Of a stretch of 64,000 bases of DNA, positions 54,765 through 64,000 are shown piece by piece. The first letter of the stretch is position 1; each line of letters starts with the position of its first letter. Under the pieces are notes generated by a model. It saw only the letters and a program-made list of their open reading frames with translations, was not told the origin of the DNA and ran no database searches. The stretch is taken from the IMG/VR virus record IMGVR_UViG_3300044641_005651, one strand, 5' to 3'. Origin of the DNA: an uncultured virus (IMG/VR IMGVR_UViG_3300044641_005651). Lineage: Duplodnaviria > Heunggongvirae > Uroviricota > Caudoviricetes. Made by a program: the position numbers and the translations under genes.

Positions 54765-56513
54765 ATGAATTACCAAGAGCTAAAAGAGCTTGTAAAAAAG
54801 CACTGTCATCTTTATTACGATGTGAATCGTCCAGAGATATCAGACCAAGAGTTTGATCGTCTATATGACACTCTAGAAGCCTTTGAAGATGCCCAGGGAT
54901 GGGCAGATTATGATTCTCCTACCAAAAAAGTAGGGGGAACCAGTGGTAAGGTAAAACATAAATATAAGTTATTCTCGCTTAGGAAAGTCTATGACCAGGA
55001 AGATATTAACCCATCTTTCAAAATCAAGACCCCTAAGGTTGATGGTGCTAATATTTCTATCATCTATGTAGATGGCAAGATGGTTCTTGCTATGACTAGA
55101 GGTGATGGTGAGTTCGGAGAAGACGTAACTCATCTGGTTAAACATATTCAAAATGTCCCTGCAACCGTAAAATCAACCCATAAGGAATTGGTTATTAACG
55201 GAGAGTGCGTAACAGATAATGAGGTTACTAATTTTCGTAACTATGTGTCTGGCGCTCTAGGTCTAGACTCAGCAGAAGAGTTTAAAACCAGAAACATTAA
55301 ATTCATAGCCCATGATTGGCTAGGTGTAGATATTGACTATACAGCACGAATGAGTGTTGTAAAAGCAATGGGATTTAATACCGTATTTGATACGGAATTC
55401 TGTTCTAAATATCCGCACGATGGAGAGGTATACCGACTTGATTCTTATAAAGAAAGTGTCGAGCTAGGTTGGACCTCTAAATATCCTAGGTTTTCAGTAG
55501 CCCTTAAACCTAGAGGTCTTCTTACGGCTATTGCCGAACTACAGAATGTAGTTTGGGTAGTAGGACGTACAGGCTCCGTAAATCCAGTAGGTATTGTTTC
55601 TCCAATCACTCTGGATGGTGCTGTCATTACTAGAGTAACTCTTCATAATATTGGTATTATCGAAGAGCACAAACTAGCTCTAGGAGACATCATTGAGATC
55701 GAAAGGGCGGGGGGAGTTATTCCTAAGTTCCTAAAAGTAATTGATAGAACTAATACTAACTCAAAAATTACAGCCCGTCACGCAGAAGAGCAGTTAGGTA
55801 TTAAAACGTATAGAAACGGACCTAAGCTTTTTTGTGAAGATCACGAAGATCTAAGTGCCCCTAAAGCCTTAGAGCACTTTATCAAAATTATGGGTATCAA
55901 AGGGCTAGGTCCATCTAGTGTTAAAAAGATGGAACTTACTCACCCACTAGATCTCTACAAAGATCAAAAGTGGGCTGCCTTAGGCGCTAACGGCCCCAAG
56001 ATTAAGGCAGAAATTGATAAGAGTAAAAACAAACCTTACTATATTGTCCTAGCAGCTCTAGGAATACCGCAGGTAGGGCTAACAGCTGCTAACAGTATTG
56101 TAAGTAAAATTCCGAGGTTTGATAGGCTGAGGGATATCGAGACAGTAAAAGTTGATGGAGTAGCGGAAAAGACTATCAATAGTATTCTCAGCTGGTTAGA
56201 CGTCAACGAGGAGTGGGTATCAGAGCTCCCACTAAATCTGTCTCAGGACCTTACTACGGAAGCTATCACGGCTCCAATAAAGAAGGATAAAAAGATCTGC
56301 ATAACAGGTAAATTCGATCTAACTCGAGAAGAGTTAACTGAGATTTTATCTGGCTATGGTTACGATGTTAAGACATCCGTAACACGCGATCTCTATGCTC
56401 TTATTAGCGGTGGAGATTCCACTTCTAGTAAGTTCAAAAAAGCTGAACAGTACGGTATTACTATCATAGATTTTTGGACTAATAAAGAAAAGATTTTAAC
56501 TGGTCAATTCTAA
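54765..56513 (+). CDS. ligA: NAD-dependent DNA ligase, single chain with BRCT
   Basis: YY...ISDQEFD, KVDG, TRGDG, VGRTG, TLHN, RAGGVIP and CITGK. Confidence 0.95.
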   Translation: MNYQELKELVKKHCHLYYDVNRPEISDQEFDRLYDTLEAFEDAQGWADYDSPTKKVGGTSGKVKHKYKLFSLRKVYDQEDINPSFKIKTPKVDGANISIIYVDGKMVLAMTRGDGEFGEDVTHLVKHIQNVPATVKSTHKELVINGECVTDNEVTNFRNYVSGALGLDSAEEFKTRNIKFIAHDWLGVDIDYTARMSVVKAMGFNTVFDTEFCSKYPHDGEVYRLDSYKESVELGWTSKYPRFSVALKPRGLLTAIAELQNVVWVVGRTGSVNPVGIVSPITLDGAVITRVTLHNIGIIEEHKLALGDIIEIERAGGVIPKFLKVIDRTNTNSKITARHAEEQLGIKTYRNGPKLFCEDHEDLSAPKALEHFIKIMGIKGLGPSSVKKMELTHPLDLYKDQKWAALGANGPKIKAEIDKSKNKPYYIVLAALGIPQVGLTAANSIVSKIPRFDRLRDIETVKVDGVAEKTINSILSWLDVNEEWVSELPLNLSQDLTTEAITAPIKKDKKICITGKFDLTREELTEILSGYGYDVKTSVTRDLYALISGGDSTSSKFKKAEQYGITIIDFWTNKEKILTGQF

Positions 56514-56656
56514 TTTAACAAAAATTCTAAAACTACCAATTAAGAAAATTGTTTACACTTTAATCTTGCTTAGCTCTTAGATCGCTGATATAATCTGAAC
56601 ATAATCAATCGGGAAACATCTGATTGAAAACAAAATAAAGAGGAAAATTAAAAACA

Positions 56657-57334
56657 ATGTCAAAGTTTGAATACACTGATGAGATGGTTGCTCGTATGCA
56701 GTCACTCTGCGCAGGTGGAGTAACTGAGGAAGTTGTAGAGTCAATCTGCACTGAGTTCGAGTTCCCACGCCGTTCAGTAACCGCCAAGCTACGTAAGCTA
56801 GGTTACGACGTGCCAAAGAAGCCCGGCGCAGCTCCTATCTTCTCTCCTGAGGAGACTGAGGCACTAAAGCAGTTCCTAGTCGCTCATAGCGGACAGCACA
56901 CTGCAGAAGAGATCGCTGCTAAGTTTGGTAATGGCAACTTCAATGCTCGCCAGATCAACGGTAAGGCTCTCTCACTAGAGATGACTCAGCACATCAAGCC
57001 AGCCGAGAAGAAGGTAGCTCCAAAGAGCTATTCAGTCGAGGAAGAGGCTCTTGTTCGTAAGATGGTTGAGGAGGGTGCATATCTCGAGGATATCGCTGCT
57101 CGCCTAAACAAGCCAGTCAACTCTGTTCGTGGTAAGCTTCTATCAATGGAGCTAAAGGCCCCACAGCGTGACAAGAAGGCTACAAAGACTGACCCATATG
57201 AGGGTATCGAGGATATGGCCGACAAGACCGTAGCCGAGATCGCAGCTCACTTCGGCAAGACTGAGCGTGGTGTTCGCACCGTTCTCACTCGTCGTAAGAT
57301 GGCTTGCGCTGATTACCAGCCAAAGGCTGAGTAA
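56657..57334 (+). CDS. T5 D5-like DNA-binding protein
   Basis: Repeated HTH units (RSVTAKLRKLG, NSVRGKLLS); lies between ligase and helicase as in T5; strongly biased codon usage. Confidence 0.8.
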   Translation: MSKFEYTDEMVARMQSLCAGGVTEEVVESICTEFEFPRRSVTAKLRKLGYDVPKKPGAAPIFSPEETEALKQFLVAHSGQHTAEEIAAKFGNGNFNARQINGKALSLEMTQHIKPAEKKVAPKSYSVEEEALVRKMVEEGAYLEDIAARLNKPVNSVRGKLLSMELKAPQRDKKATKTDPYEGIEDMADKTVAEIAAHFGKTERGVRTVLTRRKMACADYQPKAE

Positions 57335-57357
57335 TAACTCAAGTAAATTGAGGGGAA

Positions 57358-57392
57358 GAAGCGGTAGGTGTAACTCACCTGCCGCTTTTTTA
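57358..57392 (+). terminator. Intrinsic terminator
   Basis: aagcggtaggtg-taact-cacctgccgctt followed by a T-run. Confidence 0.75.
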
Positions 57393-57400
57393 TTGGTGAA

Positions 57401-57718
57401 ATGGAAAAAGATTTAGAACCTTTTGAATTATTTAATGTGCCAGAAAGCACGTTAAACTATATATTATCACTTCCTGAAGAAGAAAAAACAGGCTACTTTC
57501 ATTCCATAATCTCCAGATATTACGAAGATAAAGAATTAAGTAGTGAAAAATATAAAGAACTTCAGATAGCCTATAGAGCAAGTTTTATGCTAGAAAAAAT
57601 ATATCGAAACAATAAAGCCCTAAGAGATGGCTTTCGACCGGTGTATTCTAAGACGGGCTTAATTAGAGATTTGACTAATGATTTATATTTTATAGCTGAA
57701 AACCTACACGTTCATTAA
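57401..57718 (+). CDS. Hypothetical protein
   Basis: ORF in the replication block. Confidence 0.6.
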   Translation: MEKDLEPFELFNVPESTLNYILSLPEEEKTGYFHSIISRYYEDKELSSEKYKELQIAYRASFMLEKIYRNNKALRDGFRPVYSKTGLIRDLTNDLYFIAENLHVH

Positions 57719-57761
57719 AGTTTAAGCTAGTTAAATTGTTTGAAAAACGATAATATATAGT

Positions 57762-58769
57762 ATGACTAACTTACAAGGATATTGGCTCAAAGAAGAGCCA
57801 ACATACAGACTTGCAACTTGTTGTATGTTTGATAAACCGCCTTTAGATAAAATGAATATGGGCACGACTACAAAAACTAGTGCTCTTTCTAATTATCGAA
57901 AGGCTTTAGATAAAGCCGTTTACAACGCAAATAAACTTTTAGAACAGATTAAATTTCTATCTTCTCAGCCCAAAGAGCTTAGATATTGGAGAATTAGTTC
58001 TGAACTATTCCCTTGTTATACGGTAAAGGAGATACATCCATATTATGGAGAAATTACAGAAACACTTAAAGATATTCTGGGACGTGCTGGTGAACTCGCC
58101 ATTTCTAGCGGGATTCGCCTTTCTAGCCATCCTGGTCAGTATACTGTCCTTGGTTCAAACCGTGCTGACGTGGTTACAAACTCTATAGAAGACCTGCATT
58201 ATCACGCACAGATATTTAAGTGGATGAATATACCAGCAAAAGAAGCTATTATCAACATCCATTTACAAGGTCTCTACGGAGGTAAACACTCAGACGGTAT
58301 TAGTAGATTTGCTACCAATTACAGATACTTAGATGACTATACACAAAAAGCATTGACAGTCGAAAACGAAGACAAACCTAATGGTTATGATATTGAGCAC
58401 ACACTAGAGCTAGCCAGTATCATACCTATTAGATGTATGCTAGACGTACATCATTACTACTGTCATCGTAAGGGTGAAGAGTATATTACTCATACGCATC
58501 CGTACTTTAAAGAATTCTTAAAAACCTGGTATCCAATTCGCCCAGCTATGCATAAAAGCCAGAGTAAAATTGGATCATCTAGAATGAATGAACATTCAGA
58601 CGAGTTTCACGATGAATTCTTTGCTAGCCTAGCAGTGCCTATGTTAGAGTATACAGACATAGAGTGTGAGCTTAAAAACAAATGGACAGGTGTTCAAAAC
58701 TTTTACAACTATGTAAAAGAAGAAGAACAAATGGCCGGAGAAAATCTAAGCCTAAAAACAGTAAATTAA
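57762..58769 (+). CDS. uvsE: UV damage endonuclease UvsE/UvdE
   Basis: RISSELFP, RLSSHPGQY, INIH, VENED and LDVHH. Confidence 0.92.
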   Translation: MTNLQGYWLKEEPTYRLATCCMFDKPPLDKMNMGTTTKTSALSNYRKALDKAVYNANKLLEQIKFLSSQPKELRYWRISSELFPCYTVKEIHPYYGEITETLKDILGRAGELAISSGIRLSSHPGQYTVLGSNRADVVTNSIEDLHYHAQIFKWMNIPAKEAIINIHLQGLYGGKHSDGISRFATNYRYLDDYTQKALTVENEDKPNGYDIEHTLELASIIPIRCMLDVHHYYCHRKGEEYITHTHPYFKEFLKTWYPIRPAMHKSQSKIGSSRMNEHSDEFHDEFFASLAVPMLEYTDIECELKNKWTGVQNFYNYVKEEEQMAGENLSLKTVN

Positions 58770-58862
58770 TTCAATACATTTCTACATATTAATGCGTTAG
58801 TTTCAATTCAAGTTGACTAACGCATTTTTATTTGCTAGAATCTATTGATATAAGGATTAAAC

Positions 58863-59627
58863 ATGGCAGTAAAAAAAGAAATACCTGAGTCTAAAATTCG
58901 ACAGGTTATCTGGATGCTCAAGGCAGGTAAAACTAAAAAGGCCTGCTGCGAACATCTTGGTATTGCGTATAATACCAAGAGACTAGATACTATTATCACA
59001 GAATTCAAAGAAGGTCTTGAAAGAGAAGAACGCCTTAAGAAAGAAATTCGCTCTAAACCTATTGATGAGGCAACAAAAAAATCAATTATAGGTTCATACC
59101 TAAAAGGAGAAAGTACTTCTTCTATTGCAGAAAGTCTATATCTAACTCCTCAGAAAATTAAACAAGTTCTTATCGAAGGTAACGTACCTATTAGAGCACG
59201 CTCAAAAAGAGGCGAGGCTAATGTAGACCATGTTATTCAAGACCTAGATAAAAAGTTCGTCAAGGGTGAAAAAGTATTTGTTGCAAAAAATAACAGTTTT
59301 GCTATAGTAAAAGAAATATACGACGAAGAGTATTTAGAGAGATTCGACAATGCTCATCTAAAGTCGGTAGAATTACATTCTTGGGCTAAGTTAGCTCCTG
59401 ACCAAGAGCCTGTAGAGGGTATTCATTATGAATCATACTACATCCTTGATGACGGTAGTCAGTGGAAAAGATTCGCTGCCCAGAATTTTATTAACAGAGT
59501 CACAAAAATAATCGAAGAAACAGGAAGAGAAACTTATCTAGTATATCATATCGGTGATTATTCATATTTCGCCGAATACTATAGAAGAGATCTCTTTCCT
59601 ATAGCAGGGAGTAACCCAGTTGCTTGA
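58863..59627 (+). CDS. Hypothetical protein with HTH, in the replication block
   Basis: TKKACCEHLGIAYNTKRL; GESTSSIAESLY. Confidence 0.65.
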   Translation: MAVKKEIPESKIRQVIWMLKAGKTKKACCEHLGIAYNTKRLDTIITEFKEGLEREERLKKEIRSKPIDEATKKSIIGSYLKGESTSSIAESLYLTPQKIKQVLIEGNVPIRARSKRGEANVDHVIQDLDKKFVKGEKVFVAKNNSFAIVKEIYDEEYLERFDNAHLKSVELHSWAKLAPDQEPVEGIHYESYYILDDGSQWKRFAAQNFINRVTKIIEETGRETYLVYHIGDYSYFAEYYRRDLFPIAGSNPVA

Positions 59628-60990
59628 TCTACAAAAACTAACTCTAGGTAGGCTTTTGGCTACTAGAGATAACGATTTCTATTCAAAACTTATGCCGGAA
59701 TATTTCTCTGGCATGAGTCTTGTGCTATTTGATAAGATTAAAAACTTCTATAAGGCTAATCTTAGACTGCCTAGCATAGAAGAATTACTAATTGTACATA
59801 AAGATGTTGCTTTACAAGACTATATTGATACTCAGATTCTATCTGATACTAATAAGTACGAAACTATTGCTAATGCATTTCTAGTAGGTCAGTTACAAGA
59901 TCATTATGTAAGAGAAGATACTATCAGATTTCTAGACAAGTTTATGGATGATTTTGAAAACTATGAAAAAGTAGAAATCATTGATAAACTGCAAGAACAC
60001 GTTTTACAACTTAATAAAGCGTCTCCATCAGTAGATGAACTATTTGATGTAGGAGAATTAGAATTCTTTCCTAAAGGAGACGACTTTACCCTATATCCAT
60101 CAGGTCTTAGTACTGAATATGATTCAGTTAATGGAGGATTTGCTCTTCAGGAACTAGTCCTTCTAGGCGGTCGTAGAGGTAGTGGAAAATCTATTATAAG
60201 TTTGAATTGCGCCTTTAATCGTTTCAAACAAGGCGCTACTGTAGCTTTCTTTACCATTGAAATGAGATACAAAGAGGTATACGATCGACTTCTATCTATA
60301 ATTAGTGAAGTTCCATTTCTGGATATCTATAGAAACGAACTAAAAGAAGATCAAAAGTTAAGAATACTTCAAGCTAAGGTAAATACTTTTTATCAGCCAG
60401 AACCAGAGCTTTTAAAGCTAGTAGATGAAACTACTAGAACTAAAGACTTTGATAGGTTTGAACTAGAGATGAAAAATCGAAAGTTTCCTATGAAAGATAA
60501 TAGGTTCTTTCTGATAGACGATGAAAGCTTGAATCTTTCTAGAATAGATCACTATTGTAATCTATTCAGTAGTAAATATCCTAACTTTAATATGGCTGTA
60601 GTTGACTACATCAACATCATTAAGATACCAGATCAAAAAGACTGGAAATCTCAGATCGTATTGTCAGACAGCTTGAAATCTGTAGCAAGAAAGTATAATA
60701 TAACAGTGCTTTCTCCTTTCCAGATTGATTCTTCTGGAGAAGCGCGATTTGCAAAAGGTATCTTAGATTTCGCAGACAGAGCTTTTAGCTTCATGCCTGT
60801 AGATCAGGAAAAAGATCCTAATAAACTGAAAATGTTAACCTCTAAGATAAGAAATGGTAAAACGATTAACTTTGAAGTATTCATGAACTGGCCTTGTGTT
60901 AAGATTGACCCAAGCCAGAGTAAAGTAATTAATGAACAGCTTCTACCCGGTGAGAGATACGGATCAGAAGAATCATCAAAGGATTTATAA
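59620..60990 (+). CDS. DnaB-like replicative helicase (T5 D6-like)
   Basis: GGRRGSGKS, FTIEM, VDYIN and KIRNG. Confidence 0.9.
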   Translation: MLDLQKLTLGRLLATRDNDFYSKLMPEYFSGMSLVLFDKIKNFYKANLRLPSIEELLIVHKDVALQDYIDTQILSDTNKYETIANAFLVGQLQDHYVREDTIRFLDKFMDDFENYEKVEIIDKLQEHVLQLNKASPSVDELFDVGELEFFPKGDDFTLYPSGLSTEYDSVNGGFALQELVLLGGRRGSGKSIISLNCAFNRFKQGATVAFFTIEMRYKEVYDRLLSIISEVPFLDIYRNELKEDQKLRILQAKVNTFYQPEPELLKLVDETTRTKDFDRFELEMKNRKFPMKDNRFFLIDDESLNLSRIDHYCNLFSSKYPNFNMAVVDYINIIKIPDQKDWKSQIVLSDSLKSVARKYNITVLSPFQIDSSGEARFAKGILDFADRAFSFMPVDQEKDPNKLKMLTSKIRNGKTINFEVFMNWPCVKIDPSQSKVINEQLLPGERYGSEESSKDL

Positions 60991-60995
60991 AATAA

Positions 60996-61853
60996 ATGGA
61001 TCTTATAACTATATTAGAAGATAGAGGAATTCCTTTTAAGAAAACAAATAATCCTTCTACTATCTTAATTAAATGCACTTCTGGTTTACACGAAGATAGA
61101 GATCCTTCACTAAGCTATAACTTAGACAAAAATGTATTTAAATGTTGGAGTTGTGACTTTAAAGGCGGAGGATCTAAGTTTTTGCAATCTATAGGAATTG
61201 TAACTAGAGTTCCCATAGAAACTAAGCAAAGATTTAAAATTCAAAAGCTTAAACAGAAAGTTACGTCTTTTATTGAAAAAGACAATCTAAAGTTACCTAA
61301 TAACAGGACAGAAGTAGATTTTCCGTTTAAAGGAATATCTGAAGAAGTATTGCAAGAATTTGGAACATTCCTAACTCACGAGATGGGAATGGAAGATTAT
61401 ATTTGCATACCAGTCTATCAATTTGGTAGACTAAGATTTATAGAAGGTCGATTAAGACTTACTAGTAGTAAAAAACCGAAATACTTTCGTAGACCTATGG
61501 GAGCCTCTGTTACACAGATACTATTCCCATTAGATAAAATAGAACAAACAAAAGAAATTATATTAGTAGAAGGTATATTCGATATGTTAAATATGTGGCA
61601 GCACGGATTTAGAAATGTTCTATGTATATTTGGGACTCAAAATTTTGGTCCTAAAAAAGTAGAACTTCTAGATCAAATAGGAATTACTAAAGTTCATCTT
61701 CTAATGGATGGAGATTCTGCTGGTATAAGAGCTGCTGCTAGTATTCAAAAACTACTAGAACTAAATAACATAGAAGTAAGAAATATAAGCTTACCTCCAG
61801 GAAGAGATCCCGGAGATCTATCAAAATATGAATTGGAACAAGCAATAAAATGA
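60996..61853 (+). CDS. DNA primase (CHC2 zinc finger plus TOPRIM)
   Basis: C..HEDRDPS, CWSC, VEGIFD, MDGDSAG and DPG. Confidence 0.92.
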   Translation: MDLITILEDRGIPFKKTNNPSTILIKCTSGLHEDRDPSLSYNLDKNVFKCWSCDFKGGGSKFLQSIGIVTRVPIETKQRFKIQKLKQKVTSFIEKDNLKLPNNRTEVDFPFKGISEEVLQEFGTFLTHEMGMEDYICIPVYQFGRLRFIEGRLRLTSSKKPKYFRRPMGASVTQILFPLDKIEQTKEIILVEGIFDMLNMWQHGFRNVLCIFGTQNFGPKKVELLDQIGITKVHLLMDGDSAGIRAAASIQKLLELNNIEVRNISLPPGRDPGDLSKYELEQAIK

Positions 61854-64000
61854 CAAAACTAGCTTTCGTATGTGCGTCTGTCGCCGATACAACTTTAGAC
61901 TCATGGCTTAAAGAACTAGCACCCACATCCCTACATTCTAAGTATGATATTAAGTACCTATGCTCATCTCCTAAGGATAAGATCCTTAAGAAAGATGTAG
62001 ATCTCGAAATGACAGTACTAGATACATATCCTTATATTGTACCTGTAGGTGCCGAAGCTCTTAAGCATGTATGTGGTATGACTGGAATAACTAAATACAA
62101 TGGAACCATTGTAAAAGATAAGTATATTCCATTGATGCACCCTAATATCATATCTGTTAAACCACAGAGTAGAGATGATATTGTTAAAGCCCTATCTACT
62201 ATTTCTCAAATCGTAGATGGTAAATATAACGTAGTCGTAAATGATAAGACCCATCTGTATATAGATAATGAGGAATCATATAATCAATATATGTCTTCTA
62301 GCTTTATAGATGCTAAAGAAGTAGTATGCGATATCGAAACTACAGGTCTATCTTTTATGGACAATGACATAATCGGGGTTGCTTTTAGTACTAAACCTCA
62401 CGAAGGTGTATTTATATCTATTGATATAATTCTAAAGCATAAAGAAGAAATTAAAAATCTACTTAAAACTAAAAAGGTAATATTCCATAACGGCAAATTC
62501 GATCAACAGTTCTTGAACTATCAACTAGGTTGGGAGTTTCCTGACTTTGAGGATACCATGCTTCTTCACTATTGCTTAGAAGAAGCCGTAGGCACGCATG
62601 GACTTAAGCCTCTAGCTATGAAATATACCGATCTAGGCGACTATGAGCGCGAACTAGACGAATATAAAAAAGCTTTTTGTAGAAAAAGCAAGCTCAAGCT
62701 CGAAGATTTTAATTATGGAATGTTACCCTTAGACATCCTAGCTCCTTATGCTTGTAAGGATGCGGATGCTTCTTTTCAACTATACCTAAAATTCAAACCT
62801 CTTGTTGATAAGAATCCAAAATTTAAAAGTCTCTATGAGACAATTCTCCTACCTGCTAGTAAATCACTAATGGTTCTAGAGAGAAACGGAGGCCCTATTG
62901 ATGTATCCTTCGCCCAAACTCTTGTAGATAACTACAAAGTAGAAATTGATAAAACTCTAAAAGAGATTTATCAAGATGAAGCTGTTGCTAGATTTGAGCG
63001 TATATATGAAAAAACGTTCAATCCCAATAGCACTATGCAACTTAGAGAACTTTTCTTTACTATTCTAAGATTAGAGCCAGTAAAGAAAACAGATTCCGGC
63101 GCTTGGTCAACAGATAAGGAAGTTCTAGAAGAACTAGATCATCCTCTATCTAATCTAATACTAGATCTTCGTAAAAAGAAAAAGATCCAAGATACATACC
63201 TTGAAGGTATTATTAGCGGATTAAGCTCTGATAAAAGACTACGTAGTGGTTTCAATATTCATGGAACTACCAGCGGACGTCTATCTAGCTCTGGAGTAAT
63301 TAATTATCAAAATATTCCTCGAGACAATAAGGACATCAAAAAGATGTTTAAAGCCCGAGAGGGTTATAAGATAGTTCAGGGAGACTTGAAGACTGCGGAA
63401 GTGTATTACGCAGCAGTTCTCAGTAATGACGAATTCTTACAGAAAGCGTTCGTAGAAAAACTAGACTTCCACTCTTACATTGCTAAACAGATTTTCAATT
63501 TGCCGTGCAAGGTAGAAGAAGTTAAAAAACTATATCCAGATAATAGACAGTGGGCAAAAGCAATTACATTCGGTATCATGTATCAAGCAGGGCCGGGTAA
63601 AATTGCAGAAACTGCTAACGTTACCTATCAAGAAGCTAAAATGTTTATTAATAAATACTTTAGAGAAGCTAGTAATCTAAAGATATGGATTGATCATGCC
63701 AATGATTTCATTGCAAGCAATGCCTATATCTATAGCTTCTTCGGCAGAAAGCGCCGACTTCCAGAGAGTAAATCTCCAAATAGAGGCGTAGCAGGTCACG
63801 CAATTAGGTCTGGGGTTAACTTCTTAGTACAGAGTGTAGCGTCTGACATTAATCTTCTAGGTCTTGTAGATGCTATGAAATGGATACAAGATAACAACTA
63901 TCAGAAAGAGATCATACCTTTTACCGTTGTTCACGACTCTATAGTCGCGGAAGTAAGAGAAGATCTAGTTGATACCTGGGCTCAGAATATGCGTAAGTCT
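61850..64000 (+). CDS. DNA polymerase family A, T5-like, truncated by the window end
   Basis: Same frame as ATG 61850: DIETTG (ExoI), FHNGKFD, HGTTSGRLSS, GDLKTAEV, RQWAKAITFGIMY and VHDSIV; absent from the ORF track because there is no stop in the window. Confidence 0.95.
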   Translation, partial: MTKLAFVCASVADTTLDSWLKELAPTSLHSKYDIKYLCSSPKDKILKKDVDLEMTVLDTYPYIVPVGAEALKHVCGMTGITKYNGTIVKDKYIPLMHPNIISVKPQSRDDIVKALSTISQIVDGKYNVVVNDKTHLYIDNEESYNQYMSSSFIDAKEVVCDIETTGLSFMDNDIIGVAFSTKPHEGVFISIDIILKHKEEIKNLLKTKKVIFHNGKFDQQFLNYQLGWEFPDFEDTMLLHYCLEEAVGTHGLKPLAMKYTDLGDYERELDEYKKAFCRKSKLKLEDFNYGMLPLDILAPYACKDADASFQLYLKFKPLVDKNPKFKSLYETILLPASKSLMVLERNGGPIDVSFAQTLVDNYKVEIDKTLKEIYQDEAVARFERIYEKTFNPNSTMQLRELFFTILRLEPVKKTDSGAWSTDKEVLEELDHPLSNLILDLRKKKKIQDTYLEGIISGLSSDKRLRSGFNIHGTTSGRLSSSGVINYQNIPRDNKDIKKMFKAREGYKIVQGDLKTAEVYYAAVLSNDEFLQKAFVEKLDFHSYIAKQIFNLPCKVEEVKKLYPDNRQWAKAITFGIMYQAGPGKIAETANVTYQEAKMFINKYFREASNLKIWIDHANDFIASNAYIYSFFGRKRRLPESKSPNRGVAGHAIRSGVNFLVQSVASDINLLGLVDAMKWIQDNNYQKEIIPFTVVHDSIVAEVREDLVDTWAQNMRKS

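Noticed and set aside
57705..57730. Alphaproteobacterial LexA box (GTTC-N7-GTTC) upstream of uvsE
   Set aside because: The second half-site reads TTTA, too degenerate for an AT-rich region.
714..61926. Opposite-strand shadow ORFs such as 714-896, 2738-2992, 15004-15285, 19918-20265, 34879-35340 and 52650-53018
   Set aside because: They are antisense to well-supported genes and have no RBS or recognisable motifs.
1..64000. Genome-wide amber recoding (genetic code 15), suggested by the CUA tRNA
   Set aside because: Long conserved genes are intact under the standard code with high coding density, and TAG acts as a real stop in several genes.
61850..64000. Intron or intein in the DNA polymerase as the reason it is missing from the ORF track
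   Set aside because: ExoI and motif C are in the same frame as the start with normal spacing; the ORF simply lacks a stop within the window.

Overview
64 kb segment of a large, AT-rich, lytic dsDNA phage with a T5-like (Demerecviridae-like) replication block: SSB, dNMP kinase, NAD-dependent ligase, D5-like protein, helicase, primase and a family A polymerase that runs off the right end. A permuted two-piece tmRNA with an ANDN...LAA tag points to an alphaproteobacterial host. Positions 1-45,000 are mostly minus strand: small early genes, auxiliary genes (PstS with a Pho box, IscA, two SpeD homologues, AhpC, Hsp20 with a ROSE-like leader, IF-1, Fpg), about 32 tRNA genes covering all 20 amino acids, a GOLLD-like large RNA, several unexplained structured RNAs and a lysis cassette. 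A plus-strand island interrupts this arm (autotransporter, CsgF, CsgG, curlin, FecR, CHASE2 cyclase). After 45,000 the genes are plus strand: bS21, tmRNA, a glycosylation cluster and replication genes. The most striking item is at 11,084-11,671. An amber-suppressor tRNA(CUA) is followed directly by a leader ORF MFKQTA-UAG-ARGPP, and a 13-bp hairpin after it hides the ribosome-binding site of an unknown 139-aa gene. This looks like a translational switch gated by stop-codon readthrough. All calls were made by eye without database searches; RNA boundaries are approximate.
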